In this document: piece after piece, positions 34,999 through 47,670 of the stretch
How the letters are laid out: every line of letters starts with the position of its first letter
How positions within the stretch are numbered: position 1 is the first letter of the stretch
NCBI RefSeq assembly: GCF_964213995.1
Contig: NC_135813.1
Span: 61,256,001-61,320,000, forward strand
Reading direction: 5' to 3'
Length of the DNA stretch: 64,000 nucleotides
From: Mustelus asterias
Lineage: Eukaryota
Notes under the pieces: model-generated
Databases searched by the model: none
The model's input: the letters and a program-made list of their open reading frames with translations, nothing else
What the model was told of the DNA's origin: nothing
Translations under genes and position numbers: made by a program

Positions 34999-35671
34999 TG
35001 CAAAAGCCCTGCATAACATTCTATAGTAAACATCAGGAAAGCAAAATTAAAACTTCGGGCTGTATTTTTATTTTCAACGCTCCATTTGAAATTATAAGAA
35101 AAATGCCCAGTTAGTTTGTTTGATACAATTTTGTGCAACGTAAACATTTGCTGATTCTGCAGTCATCTCACTTTCTTTGTGCCATTTCAGTGTGATACAA
35201 TTAGTCATCGATGGTATTGTTTTCTTGCTTCAGTGTCTTCGAATTTCGGACCATTTTAAGCATCCTAATCAAGCGAGGCTGTATTCTTTATAATCTTTTG
35301 AAAATTTACACAAAACTGTCTAGCATATGGTCGAAATAATGATTTTACAAAGTTAGTGACTGAGTAATGATATATCTTAGTAAATGCTACACTGGCTAAA
35401 ATGCCTTGTATGATAATTGAAATGCCCTCTGTCTGTGATTAAGGTGATCGTTTGTCCTTGTTCTGAGTGACCTCAAAGTGAAACCAAATAACGTCACAAC
35501 TTCCTCGTTGGAAAATATAAATGGTAGTCAGGCACCCAGTAGAATCAGAACGTAAGCTGAGATAATACAGGAAGAAATAATCATCGAATGTTTTCGCACA
35601 AGTAACACACATGTCTTAGAATCGGATAAGTATTTTAACACAACGGTTTTATAAAGCTGTAGCAGGATTCT

Positions 35672-35899
35672 AGTAAGAGTTTTAACAACACCAGGTTAAA
35701 GTCCAACAGGTTTATTTGGTAGCAAATACCATTAGCTTTCGGAGCGCTGCTCCTTCGTCAGACATGTCCACTCCATCTGACGAAGGAGCAGCGCTCCGAA
35801 AGCTAATGGTATTTGCTACCAAATAAACCTGTTGGACTTTAACCTGGTGTTGTTAAAACTCTTACTGTGTTCACCCCAGTCCAACGCCGGCATCTCCAC
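35672..35899 (+). mobile_element. Penelope-like element: inverted pLTR pair
   Basis: Perfect 91-bp inverted arms at 35672-35762 and 35776-35866, then the family terminus; 12-bp TSD AGCAGGATTCTA at 35661-35672 and 35900-35911. Confidence 0.8.
35773..35809 (+). ncRNA. Minimal type I hammerhead ribozyme motif
   Basis: CCAU-CUGACGA-A-GGAGC(AGC)GCUCC-GAAA-GCU-A-AUGG; inverted copy with a weakened stem I at 35729-35762. Confidence 0.78.
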
Positions 35900-38800
35900 A
35901 GCAGGATTCTAAGCAGTGGAACTATGATTCCGGAGTTGGTCACCCCTGAACCGATCAGGAGCTGTACAAGAGAGAATTTGGCAGCAGAAATTAAAGTTAC
36001 TTTCAAGAAATTGGTGAACATTTGCGTAATTTGGAGAATATGTGCACACAAAGATCGCCAGCCATGTCGTTGAGCGTTTGCAAGCAGGGGTATTAGTCGT
36101 GAACAGTAACAATCTGTGCGAACTGTTTCAGCTGCTGCAGAAAGCGCTCTGTCACCTGACAGAATTCTAAAAATAACAGTAAATTAATATCAAAGTGGCA
36201 AGTTTTGTTTGCTACTACTGGAAGCAATAACACAATTGAGGTCGTGCCGAAGCATACCACCAACTTAAAGGGTGTCGTGCAGGAAGAAGAGGTGTAATAT
36301 GGGCCAACGTGAGTCATTAACTATTAGACAGAAACTGTGATACAGCTGAGTAAATGAAATGCAGGGTAGCCACATCGAGTTCAGCAAAATATCGGCAGAC
36401 GAAAAAGCAATTTAAAAATCGCAGGGCTGGTACGCAGATGTTCACTGCTCTGGGGTTGGGTAAAGACTCTTACTAATGGGTACTAACATCTATTAGATTC
36501 TAGGGCAGATGCCCAGAGCTGGCGAACAGGGTGGCAGGACATAGGATAAACACAAAAAGAGCATGTGTTAAACCTAAATGAAGATTCACATCAGTAAAAG
36601 GAAAATGGGTTAGTTAGGCAATTTCACGTGCCTGAAAGCTGAGGCAAGCTGCACCAGGAACTTTTCTTATTTCACTGGACTGATTTACTTAAAATTTGGC
36701 CGCGAAACTGCAGTCTGCAAAACCTTGCACCGGCTGGCTGCACCTCTTTGCAGCGCCCCTGATGGAAGCGCAATGATTTTGTAGTCTTTATATTAGTTAA
36801 CTTTAAGAATGGTGCATACATGTTAGCGGTGAATACAAACGTTTCCTCTATTAAAAAATTCCAAGGATAGGCAACGTAACAAAGTCATCTATCCAATATT
36901 CTCGTCATAGGCATTCCCTCGTCTGCCATCCATGCACCCTCGTAATCTCGAGCACATCAAAAACTCTTCGCTATTCCCAGCTCGCACCACTTCCAGGAAA
37001 CCCGTCCGAGGAACATAGGGCAGGAGGAAGCGGGAAAGTGTAGGCCCATAAATCATTGGAAAAATGCTGAAATATACTATTCAGTACATGCTGGGGGGCG
37101 CGGGGGGGGGGGGGGGGGCGAGATTGAAAAACTAACAATAGAGTCAAGTGAAGTCAAGAAGGTTTTCATGAAATGTAAATCATATCTGGCAAATTTATTA
37201 TCGTTTTTGAGGACCAAACGGACAAGGCGAACAAAGCAAAGAAAAAGTAAACATAGCGTATTTGGATTTCCAAATGGCATTCGAGAAGGTGCCATATAAA
37301 AGTGTATTACACAACATATCGGCGTTGGGTATGCGAAGTGAGCGGAGATAGATATTGGCCAACTAACATGAAATACAGAGTCAGGATAAATGGGTCATCG
37401 CTCGGTTGGCAAGTTTACTGGCGGAGAGCCGCATGTTACCGATGCTGGTAAAGGCAGGTTGAGAGAAGGATGAAGACTCTTCAAGGGGATATAAATGGGA
37501 TAAGTGGACGAGCAAAGACATTGACAAGTGGGGTATAATGTCAGAAAATGTGTGGTTGCCCACTTTGACTGGAACAATAGAAAACGGAACCTTACCTAAA
37601 AGGAGAAATTTTCAGAATTTTGCAGTACCGGGATTCGGGTGTCCTCTTTCTTGAATTACCAAAATGTAGCATGCAGATACAGAAAGTAATCAGTGAGATA
37701 AATGAAACATTAGAATATAATGGAATGGGTTGCATATAAAGGTAAGGAGGTTTTTGGCATTGGTGTTGATAATTATATTGATGTGACCGCACCGAGACTA
37801 TTTTGCACGGATTTGGACTCTTTATTTGAGGAGCGATATTGCTGCATTAGAAACTGTAATATCCTAACTATGCAAGGGGTTGTGGGTTTTAACGAAAAGT
37901 CAACAATGTTGTTTTCACATGTTAATTCAAACTAACACAGAAAGTGATGTTCCCTTCACAGGGTACAAACCGAAAGTGAACCAGCAACCTCTGAAGCACT
38001 CTCATGACATCAGCATTAAATCATGTGATCAGCTCTTAAAGCAAACTGCAACCCTTTGGAATATATAGCACCGCTCTCCCATTACTTTTGTGGTCATGAT
38101 AAGAAATTACTACGATGTTATACATAGGGTCAATAATTCTCTGGACATAGTAATATGCACCATTAATCTTTCTACACAGTCAATGAGAAAATCGATCAGA
38201 GTACATCGATTCCTCTTTGATTGTATACAAGGTTCTGCACTTGAGCAGTCCTGGAACCGAGAAGTGTGATTGGGAACTTCAGTAGACACTTATTTTCTTG
38301 GAACTAATTCTGAAACATTCTCAACATGTAGTAGAAACACAATCATCAGGCAACTCAGATACAATTAATCATTTCGTAGTAGTATTCACAACCTGGGGAT
38401 TAAAGAAGTTTGGACTTCTGGAGGCGATTCTGAGAAATCATTTCGAGATGACAACAATTGGTCAGCATGGTAACACCAAAACAGTTCATCTTTGATTTGA
38501 GCAGTTTATAAATTTGGACCTGTTTTTGCTAAAGCTAATGCTGGTACCCATTTCTCACTCGTGGCACAATTACACGCTAACACACGATCTCCTTGTTGAA
38601 ATGAATATTCTTTTGCCTTCATTTCTAGTCCAGCAACTTAAGATTGTTGCTGATGCATTACTCTCTCTGACGTTTCTGAAGGTAATAACAAACGAAACGT
38701 AGTTCTCAACTTTCTCATCAAGAGCAGTAATGCAGATGAACTTTGGCTAGTCACAGGAGTAGTGTTTCTATAACGTCAAACAAACTGTTCACATGATGTG

Positions 38801-39865
38801 ATAATGAATCTTGCTCTTTTGCAGTTTTCAAGAACGGTTGTACAGATCTTACAACTAGTGCATTGGTTGATGGAGGATAAGGCTGTGCGAAGCCACCCGG
38901 TGGGCAGAGCCAGGGTATCAGGTTGGCACTGTCAGCCTGGCACTGCCAAGGGGCACCTCCCATGTGCTCGGCCTCGGGGGTCGGGAGCTTAATGGCTTCC
39001 GGTTCTACCGGCGAGGCGATCACCACTGGTCCCATTCGTGCAGACAATCTGTGATCCTCACCGGAGAGAAACTCTCCCGGCATGCCCAGAAAGGCAAGTG
39101 AGCCAGAACGATTGTGCCCTGGTCTCGTCAATTCCATTAAAATGAGCATTTAAATATATGCAAATAATTTATTTACCCTCTTGCCAGAAATGGGCGGGAG
39201 GCGGAATGCGCCGCACACCCAGTGTAAGATTGCGACAGGCCAAATATTCGACGCAAATTTGATTTCTCCGTTCTCGTGCGATTTTACCGGCCTACCCCGC
39301 CCAACGATGGGCAGAGCAAAGTGGTAAGATCACCCCCATCTGGTTTCATATCAGAATGTGGATGATGTGTTCCAGCTATTGTTCCTTCCAATACCATATC
39401 CATCACCTTCCCCGTCACGGGATAATTTCTGGTATGTCTCTGAACTTGGGAACTGTCACAGGCAAATAATCTACCAGCAAAAATGGAATAATATCAGCAA
39501 AGCTAGTTGGTGGCATCTGCTCAATAGGTAAAGGATAGCCTGAAAAGGCGTTAGCATCAGCATAACACTGAATGACTATAATGCATATCGTAAGTGTGCA
39601 GATAGGATCAGTGACCACCTTTGCAATCGCTTCACTTGAATTCCCTTCATTGAGCCAAGTGTCCCTTCGAGTATACTCTTGTATTTATCCAGCAGGTGCT
39701 TGAGGACTGTTTTGACAGCCACCAACGTGTTGACAGCACTTCAACCAAGCTTTATCTGCTTCAACCATGATTCCCCCAAATATAGCTGAAACATTACCAC
39801 GGACCACATCAAGAGGCAACTCCGCTGTTTGTCCACTCAACTCTATGTTAACCATGATGTATCTT

Positions 39866-40627
39866 TAAACACAGTAAGAAGTTTAACAACACCAGGTTAA
39901 AGTCCAACAGGTTTATTTGGTAGCAAAAGCCACACAAGCTTTCGAGGCTCTGAGCCCCTTCTTCAGGTGAGTGGGAATTCTGTTCACAAACAGAACTTAT
40001 AAAGACACAGACTCAATTTACATGAATAATGGTTGGAATGCGAATACTTACAACTAATCCAGTCTTTAAGAAACAAAACAATGGGAGTGGAGAGAGCATC
40101 AAGACAGGCTAAAAAGATGTGTATTGTCTCCAGACAAGACAGCCAGTGAAACTCTGCAGGTCCACGCAACTGTGGGAGTTACAAATAGTGTGACATAAAC
40201 CCAGCAGAAACTGATAGCCAAGTTCCGCACACACAAGGACGGCCTCAACCGGGATATTGGGTTTATGTCACACTATTTGTAACTCCCACAGTTGCGTGGA
40301 CCTGCAGAGTTTCACTGGCTGTCTTGTCTGGAGACAATACACATCTTTTTAGCCTGTCTTGATGCTCTCTCCACTCCCATTGTTTTGTTTCTTAAAGACT
40401 GGATTAGTTGTAAGTATTCGCATTCCAACCATTATTCATGTAAATTGAGTCTGTGTCTTTATAAGTTCTGTTTGTGAACAGAATTCCCACTCACCTGAAG
40501 AAGGGGCTCAGAGCCTCGAAAGCTTGTGTGGCTTTTGCTACCAAATAAACCTGTTGGACTTTAACCTGGTGTTGTTAAACTTCTTACTGTGTTTACCCCA
40601 GTCCAACGCCGGCATCTCCACATCATG
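39866..40627 (+). mobile_element. Penelope-like element 3' end with an inverted pLTR
   Basis: 338-bp inverted arms at 39866-40203 and 40258-40595; GIY-YIG-type C-terminus QKLIAKFRTHKDGLNRDIGFMSHYL* at 40205-40282; TCTTTAAACA direct repeat at 39862-39871 and 40628-40637. Confidence 0.85.
40492..40528 (+). ncRNA. Minimal type I hammerhead ribozyme motif (mirror copy at 39933-39969, minus strand)
   Basis: CAC-CUGAAGA-A-GGGGC(UCAGA)GCCUC-GAAA-GCU-U-GUG. Confidence 0.75.
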
Positions 40628-41119
40628 TCTTTAAACAGCATAGTCTCTTCCATTTATGTCCTTAGAATCAAGACTACCATCTGCATCAATTCAGCATTAA
40701 GCATCTCTCACAAAATTTGTGTCAAAGGGAAATGGGGTAACTCTGCGCTCTTTGGAGACATGGCCTAGCACAAGCGATGATTGTTCTGGTGGTGGGATGT
40801 TAATCATCTCACTTCTAGGACGTCACTGCAGGGTTTCCTCGGGGAGTATCCTTGGCCTAAATATCTCCAACTGCTTTATCAATGATATTCGTTCCATCAC
40901 AAAGTTGGAAGTTCTGGAATGCAGATAGATGGGAATGCAGTCAATTATTGTTGTTAACTGTACGTTTTCTTTGTATTGTGACCTTTCTTGTGAGCTTTTA
41001 CATGTTAATAAACATTATTTTATTTGAATGGTTACAACGAGCTGTGATTTTTTTCGTCATTGGTTTGCATATCTTTCTTCACCTTATACCAAATTGAATA
41101 AATACACTCTTCAGAACCT

Positions 41120-41645
41120 GCGTTCCAAATTATCCTTTCACATGTTTGGGAGATCCCTGCGTCTAACATCAGCGGGGTTCTTAACACAGTCAAAGCCTTC
41201 CTGACACTTCCTGACACTCAATAAGCTTAATACCATCCAGGCCAAAGCAGGCCTATTGCGTGGTGCTCCATCCAGAAACACACACTCCCTCCACCACCTA
41301 TGCAGTGTGGTAGTAATATGTGCCATCTGCGACATGCGATGCACAAACTCACTAAAGGTCCCTCGACAGACCTTTCCAAACATGACTGCCATGACGTGGA
41401 AAGACCACGGCAGCAGACACAAGGGAATACCACCAGCTGCAAGTCCCCCTTCAAACAAGTCACCATCCTGAATTGGAAATATGTCGACATTCCTACATTG
41501 TCACTGAATCAAAAACCTTGAACGCCCTCCTGAACCACATTGTGGGTGTACATACAGCTCACCACCAGCTTCTCAAGGGCAGTTAGGCACGGGAAATAAC
41601 TGATGACACAGTCAGCGACAATCATGTCTCATGCATGAATAAAAC
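41120..41645 (+). mobile_element. LINE 3' fragment (family of 14233-16850)
   Basis: KLNTIQAKA..HSLHHLCSV remnants and the family 3' UTR. Confidence 0.6.
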
Positions 41646-43083
41646 CAACGAATGAAAAGCAAAAGATGCTGAAATGTTCTCAGTAAGGTAATTGATGTCA
41701 TAATGGCGAGGGTAATTGGATGCGGTTGATAACGTCCACAGGGACGTTTATAAAGTGGTTGGTAACAAACGAGGTAATAGACTTCTGAGGAAAATCAAGA
41801 GGATCAATTGGCTGTGTGAATATAAAATTGGGTAGGGTTGGGTGAGTAGTGAGGAAAGTTTTTTTTTTAGACTGAGGGAAATTGTTCATTGGTGCCGCCA
41901 GGACTCCGTTATGATCAATGCATTTCTTCATAGTTATTAACGACGTGGGCTGTGCACACAGAATAAAATGTCAAAGTATTTCGAAGGCAGGAAATTCAGA
42001 AACGTAGTAAGCAATTAGAAGCATTGCAACGGACATCAGGTGGAAGTAGACATTGTTCAACTTTTCACTTCCTTGTCTCTGTGTCAAATACTTGATCACA
42101 TTTCCAAGCCCTCCACTTCTGGATGTTTCAGCTGGGCAGAAGCATTGGGCTTTGCTTTACGGATGCAAGGATATGACCTTTCCGGTTGCGGGGTTGCCTG
42201 CCCCGATGCGTGAAAAGCTGGTGCGGAACGCATCCCCGCCCATAATGTTGGCAATACAGTCATTTAAAATTTCGTAGGGCTAAAACGAGCTAACGGAAAT
42301 ACTCCCACAACCCATTTTGGTGGGGGGTGGGGTGGAGGTGGGGGGGGGGGGGGGGCGGGTGGCGGGGAAGACGCATCTTAGAACGCTGCTGGCCAATTGG
42401 TTGCCTAGTGACTCTATAGTCCCAACAGCGTCAGTTTTGCAAGGTGAACAATGCTTGGACAAAACCTAGTTCCAAAAGAAGAAATCTAATGGAGTCCTCA
42501 CAAAGGTATGTATTTAGGTTATGCGAAGCTCCAGCGATGCGGTTGATGGAGGTATTGACCTTCTTACGCTCCGGCATCAACTTACGTTGTCAAGTCCAGT
42601 GATTCGGGTTCAGGGACGTTATCACCTTGGGTGGAGGGTGTCTTCAATATGTCCAGGGGACTACAAAAGGAAGAACCATTCGCGTGCTGGATACCAGCCC
42701 GCACAGTTAAAGCTGCTGGGTTACCCATTTGGGGTGGGTCAGTTCCTAGCACGGGTATAATAATGGCGGGGGCAGGATGAGGCGCTTGAATGGCTCTTGG
42801 TTGGCTACTCAAAAGCTTTAATAGGTCTAAAGGCAGAGGCGCTGCTCAGCGCCGCCACCTACGCTCGTAAAATGGGAAGGAGGTCAACGGCGGACAAGGA
42901 GGCAGCAGGAAGACCATGGGCTGAATGCTCCCACTTTCCCACTGTCAGCCCCGCCACGGGGGGAGGGGGGGGAGACGGGGGACAGACGGGGGACATGGGT
43001 GGGGGGACGTAAAATCTCGTCGCATATATAGGGCTCAAACACGACAGTAAATGTGAGACTCACGTGAGAATAAATTGGATTTA

Positions 43084-44360
43084 CATAGAAACATAGGAAA
43101 TAGGTAGAGGAGGAGGTCATTTGGCACTTCGAGCCTGCTCCGCCATTCATTGTGATCCTCGCTAACCGTTCAACTCAATAGCCTAGTCTTGCTTTCTCCC
43201 CATAACCGTTGATCCCATTTGCCCCAAGTGCTATATCCAGCCGCCTGTTGAATACATTCAATGTTTTGGCGTCAACTACTTCCTGTGGTAATGAATTCCA
43301 CAGCCTCGCCACACTTTGGGTGAAGAAATGTCTCCTTACCTCCGTCCCAAATGGTCTACCCCGAATCCTCAGACAGTGACCCTGGTTCTGGACTCCCCCA
43401 CCAACGGAAACATCCTCCCTGCATCTACCCTGTCTAGTCCTTTTAGAATTTTGTAAATCTCTATGAGCTCCCCCCTCGTTCGTCTGAACTCCAGCGAAAC
43501 CAATCATAACCTAATCAATCTCTCCTCATATATCAATCCCGCCATCCCCGGAATCAGCCAGGTAAACCTTCGCTGCACTCCCTCGAGAGCAAGAACACCC
43601 TTCCTCAGAAAAGGAGACCAGAACTGCACATAATATTCGAGGTGTGGCCTCACCAAGGCCCTGTATAATTGCAAGAACACATCCCTGCTCCTGTGCTCGA
43701 AACATCTCGCAATGAAGGCCAACATAGTATTTGCCTTCTTTACTGCCTGCTGCATCTGCATGCCTACCTTCAGCGACTGGTACACAAGGGCACACAGGAC
43801 CCGCTGCGCAACCCCCTCTCCCAACTTACTACCATTCAGGTATTACTTTGCCTTCTTGTTTTTGCTTCCAAAGTCAATAATCTTATCCAAATTATACTGC
43901 ATCTGTCGTTGATTTGCCCACTCACTCAACCTGTCCAGATCATTCTAAAGGATCTCTGCATCCTCGTCACATTTCACCCTTCCACCCAACTTGGTATCAT
44001 CTGCAAACTTTGAGATGTTACATTTTGTTCCCTCATCCAAATCATTTATGCATATTGTGAATAGCTGGGGTACCAGCACCGATCGCTGTGGCACCCCATT
44101 AGTTACTGCCTACCGATTTGAAAAAGCCCATTAATTCCTACACTTTCTTTCCTCTCTGCCAACCAGTTTTCTATCCATCTCAATACACTTCCCCCAGTCC
44201 CATGTGCTTTAATCTTGCACGATAGTCTCTTACGTGGGACTTTATCAAACACTTTCTGAAAGTCCAAATATACCACATCAACTGGCTCCCCCTTGTCAAC
44301 TCTATGAGTTACATCTTCAAAGAATTCCATCAGATTTGTCAAGAATGATTTCCCCTTCAT
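43084..44360 (-). mobile_element. Older CR1 LINE, 3' part (host of the nested insertion)
   Basis: RT C-terminal fragments; the sequence resumes at 47671 (..HGFM|KGKS..). Confidence 0.88.
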
Positions 44361-44442
44361 AGAACATAGAACATAGAACAGTACAGCACAGAACAGGCCC
44401 TTCGGCCCACGATGTTGTGCCGACCTTTATCTGAAACCAAGA

Positions 44443-47346
44443 TCAAGCTATCCCACTCCCTATCATCCTGGTGTGCTCCATGTGCCTATCCAATAACCGC
44501 TTAAATGTTTCTAAAGTGTCTGACTCCACTATCACTGCAGGCAGTCCATTCCACACCCCAACCACTCTCTGCGTAAAGAACCTACCTCTGATATCCTTCC
44601 TGTATCTCCCACCACGAACCCTATAGTTATGCCCCCTTGTAATAGCTCCATCCACCCGAGGAAATAGTCTTTGAACGTTCACTCTATCTATCCCCTTCAT
44701 CATTTTATACACCTCTATTAAGTCTCCCCTCAGCCTCCTCCGCTCCAGAGAGAACAGCCCTAGCTCCCTCAACCTTTCCTCATATGACCTACCCTCCAAA
44801 CCAGGCAGCATCCTGGTAAATCTCCTCTGCACTCTTTCCAGCGCTTCCACATCCTTCTTATAGTGAGGTGACCAGAACTGCACACAATATTCCAAATGTG
44901 GTCTCACCAAGGTCCTGTACAGTTGCAGCATAACCCCACGGCTCTTAAACTCCAACCCCCTGTTAATAAAAGCTAACACACTATAGGCCTTCTTCACAGC
45001 TCTATCCACTTGACTGGCAACCTTTAGAGATCTGTGGATATGGACCCCAAGATCTCTCTGTTCCTCCACAGTCTTCAGAACCCTACCTTTGACCCTGTAA
45101 TCCACATTTAAATTAGTCCTACCAAAATGAATCACCTCACATTTATCAGGGTTAAACTCCGTTTGCCATTTTTCAGCCCAGCTTTGCATCCTATCTATGT
45201 CTCTTTGCAGCCTACAACAGCCCTCCACCTCATCCACTACTCCACCAATCTTGGTGTCATCAGCAAATTTACTGATCCACCCTTCAGCCCCCTCCTCTAA
45301 GTCATTAATAAAAATCACAAAGAGCAGAGGACCAAGCACTGATCCCTGCGGCACACCGCTAGCAACCTGCCTCCAATCCGAAAATTTTCCATCGACCACC
45401 ACCCTCTGTCTTCAGTCAGACAGCCAGTTACCCATCCAATCGGCCAACTTTCCCTCTATCCCACACCTCCTCACTTTCATCATAAGCCGACCATGGGGGA
45501 CCTTATCAAACGCCTTACTAAAATCCATGTATATGACATCAACTGCCCTACCTTCATCAACACACTTAGTTACCTCCTCAAAAAATTCTATCAAATTTGT
45601 GAGGCACGACTTGCCCTTCACGAATCCGTGCTGACTATCTCGGATTAATCCGCATCTTTCTAAATGGTCGTAAATCCCATCCCTAAGGACCCTTTCCATC
45701 AATTTACCAACCACCGAAGTAAGACTAACCGGTCTATAATTACCAGGGTCATTTCTATTCCCTTTCTTAAACAGAGGAACAACATTCGCCATTCTCCAGT
45801 CCTCTGGCACCATCCCCGTGGACAGCGAGGACCCAAAGATCAACGCCAAAGGCTCTGCAATCTCATCCCTTGCCTCCCACAGAATCCTAGGATATATTTC
45901 ATCAGGCCCAGGGGACTTATCGACCTTCAGTTTATTCAAAACTGCCAAGACATCCTCCCTCCGAACATCTATTTCCTCCAGCCTATTAGCCTGTAACACC
46001 TTCTCTTCCTCAAAAACATGGCCCCTCTCCTTGGTGAACACTGAAGAAAAGTATTCATTCATCACCTCGCCTATCTCTACTGACTCCATACACAAGTTCC
46101 CACTACTGTCTTTGACCGGCCCTAACCTCACCCTGGTCATTCTTTTATTCCTCACATAAGAGTAAAAAGCCTTGGGGTTTTCCTTGATCCGACCCGCCAA
46201 GGACTTCTCATGTCCCCTCCTAGCTCTCCTAAGCCCCTTTTTCAGCTCATTCCTTGCTAACTTGTAACCCTCAATCGAGCCATCTGAACCTTGTTTCCTC
46301 ATCCCTACATAAGCTTCCCTCTTCCTTTTCACAAGACATTCCACCTCTTTTGTGAACCATGGTTCCCTCACTCGGCCATTTCCTCCCTGCCTGACAGGAA
46401 CATACCTATCAAGGACATCCAGTATTTGTTCCTTGAAAAAGCTCCACTTTTCATTAGTTCCTTTCTCTGACAGTTTCTGTTCCCAACTTATGCCCCCTAA
46501 TTCTTGCCTAATCGCATCATAATTACCCCTCCCCCAATTGTAAACCTTGCCCTGCCGTACGGCCCTATCCCTCTCCATTGCAATAACAAAAGACACCGAA
46601 TTGTGGTCACTATCTCCAAATTGCTCTCCCACAACCAAATCTAACACTTGGCCCGGTTCATTTCCCAGTACCAAATCCAATGTGGCCTCACCTCTAGTCG
46701 GCCCATCCACATATTGTGTCAGGAAACCCTCCCGCACACACTGCACAAAAACTGCCCCATCCAAACTATTTGACCTACAAAGGTTCCAATCAATATTTGG
46801 AAAGTTAACGTCCCCCATGACAACTACCCTGTGACCCCTACACATATCCATAATCTGCTTAGCAATTTCTTCCTCCACATCTCTATTACTATTTGGGGGC
46901 CTATAGTAAACTCCTAGCAACGTGACCGCTCCTTTCCTATTTCTAACTTCAGCCCATATTACCTCAGTGTGCAGATCCCCCACGAAGTGCCTTTCCGCAG
47001 CCGTTAAACTATCCTTGATTAACAATGCCACTCCTCCACCTCTTTTACCAGCTTCCCTACACTTAGTGAAACATCTATACCCCGGAACGTCCAACAACCA
47101 TTCCTGTCCTTGTTCTACCCACGTCTCCGTAATGGCCACAACATCGTAGTCCCAAGTACCAATCCACGCCCCAAGTTCATCTACCTTGTTCCGGATGCTC
47201 CTTGCATTGAAGTAGACACACTTCAACCCACCTTCCTGTCTACCAGTACCCACCCTTGACCCTGACACCTTCCCCAATACCTCACCACCCTCACTGACTT
47301 CTGGACTACAACTCCCTTTCCCACTCCCCTGACAAATTAGTTTAAA
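44443..47346 (-). pseudogene. CR1 ORF2 (APE plus RT) with a single premature stop
   Basis: ORFs 45412..47457 and 44443..45402 are in the same frame, separated by LSD*RQR. Confidence 0.88.
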
Positions 47347-47667
47347 CCCCCCTGAAGAGCCGTAACAAATTTCCCTCCGAGGATATTGGTGCCCCTCTGG
47401 TTCAGGTGCACCCCGTCCTGTTTGTACAGGTCCCACCTTCCCCAGAACGTGTTCCAATTATCCACGTATCTGAAACCCTCCCTCCTACACCATCCCTGCA
47501 ACCACATATTTAACTGCACTCTCTCCCTGTTCCTCAACTCGCTATCACGTGGTACCGGCAACGTACCAGAGATGACCACATGTTTCGTCTTGGCTCTCAG
47601 CTTCCAGCCCAGCTCCAGAAATTCCTGCTTTAAATCCCCGTCCCTTCTCTTACCTATGTCATTGGTA
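47337..47667 (-). CDS. CR1 ORF1 C-terminal fragment (SGNH esterase-like)
   Basis: TNDIG...VVISGTLP...LYKQDGVHLN..GT motifs typical of the CR1 ORF1 esterase domain. Confidence 0.75.
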
Positions 47668-47670
47668 GAG

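Larger units (their letters stand above)
38130..40790 (-). mobile_element. Degenerate Gypsy/Ty3 LTR retrotransposon pol relic, interrupted by later insertions
   Basis: Minus-strand remnants PYPPSTNALVVRSVQ (integrase PYHPxSNGxAER-like), FQQGDRVLACN..KWVP, LPVT...VMDMVLEG, LDKYKSILEGTLGSMKG. Confidence 0.55.
44361..47667 (-). mobile_element. Young CR1 LINE nested in an older CR1 (partial ORF1, ORF2 with one nonsense codon)
   Basis: (catagaa)n tail; ORF2 spans 44443-47346 in one frame with a single TGA at 45412-45414; ORF1 C-terminal part at 47337-47667. Confidence 0.93.

Noticed and set aside
39984-40477. Two identical 61-aa ORFs on opposite strands
   Set aside because: A by-product of the Penelope inverted repeat, not genes.
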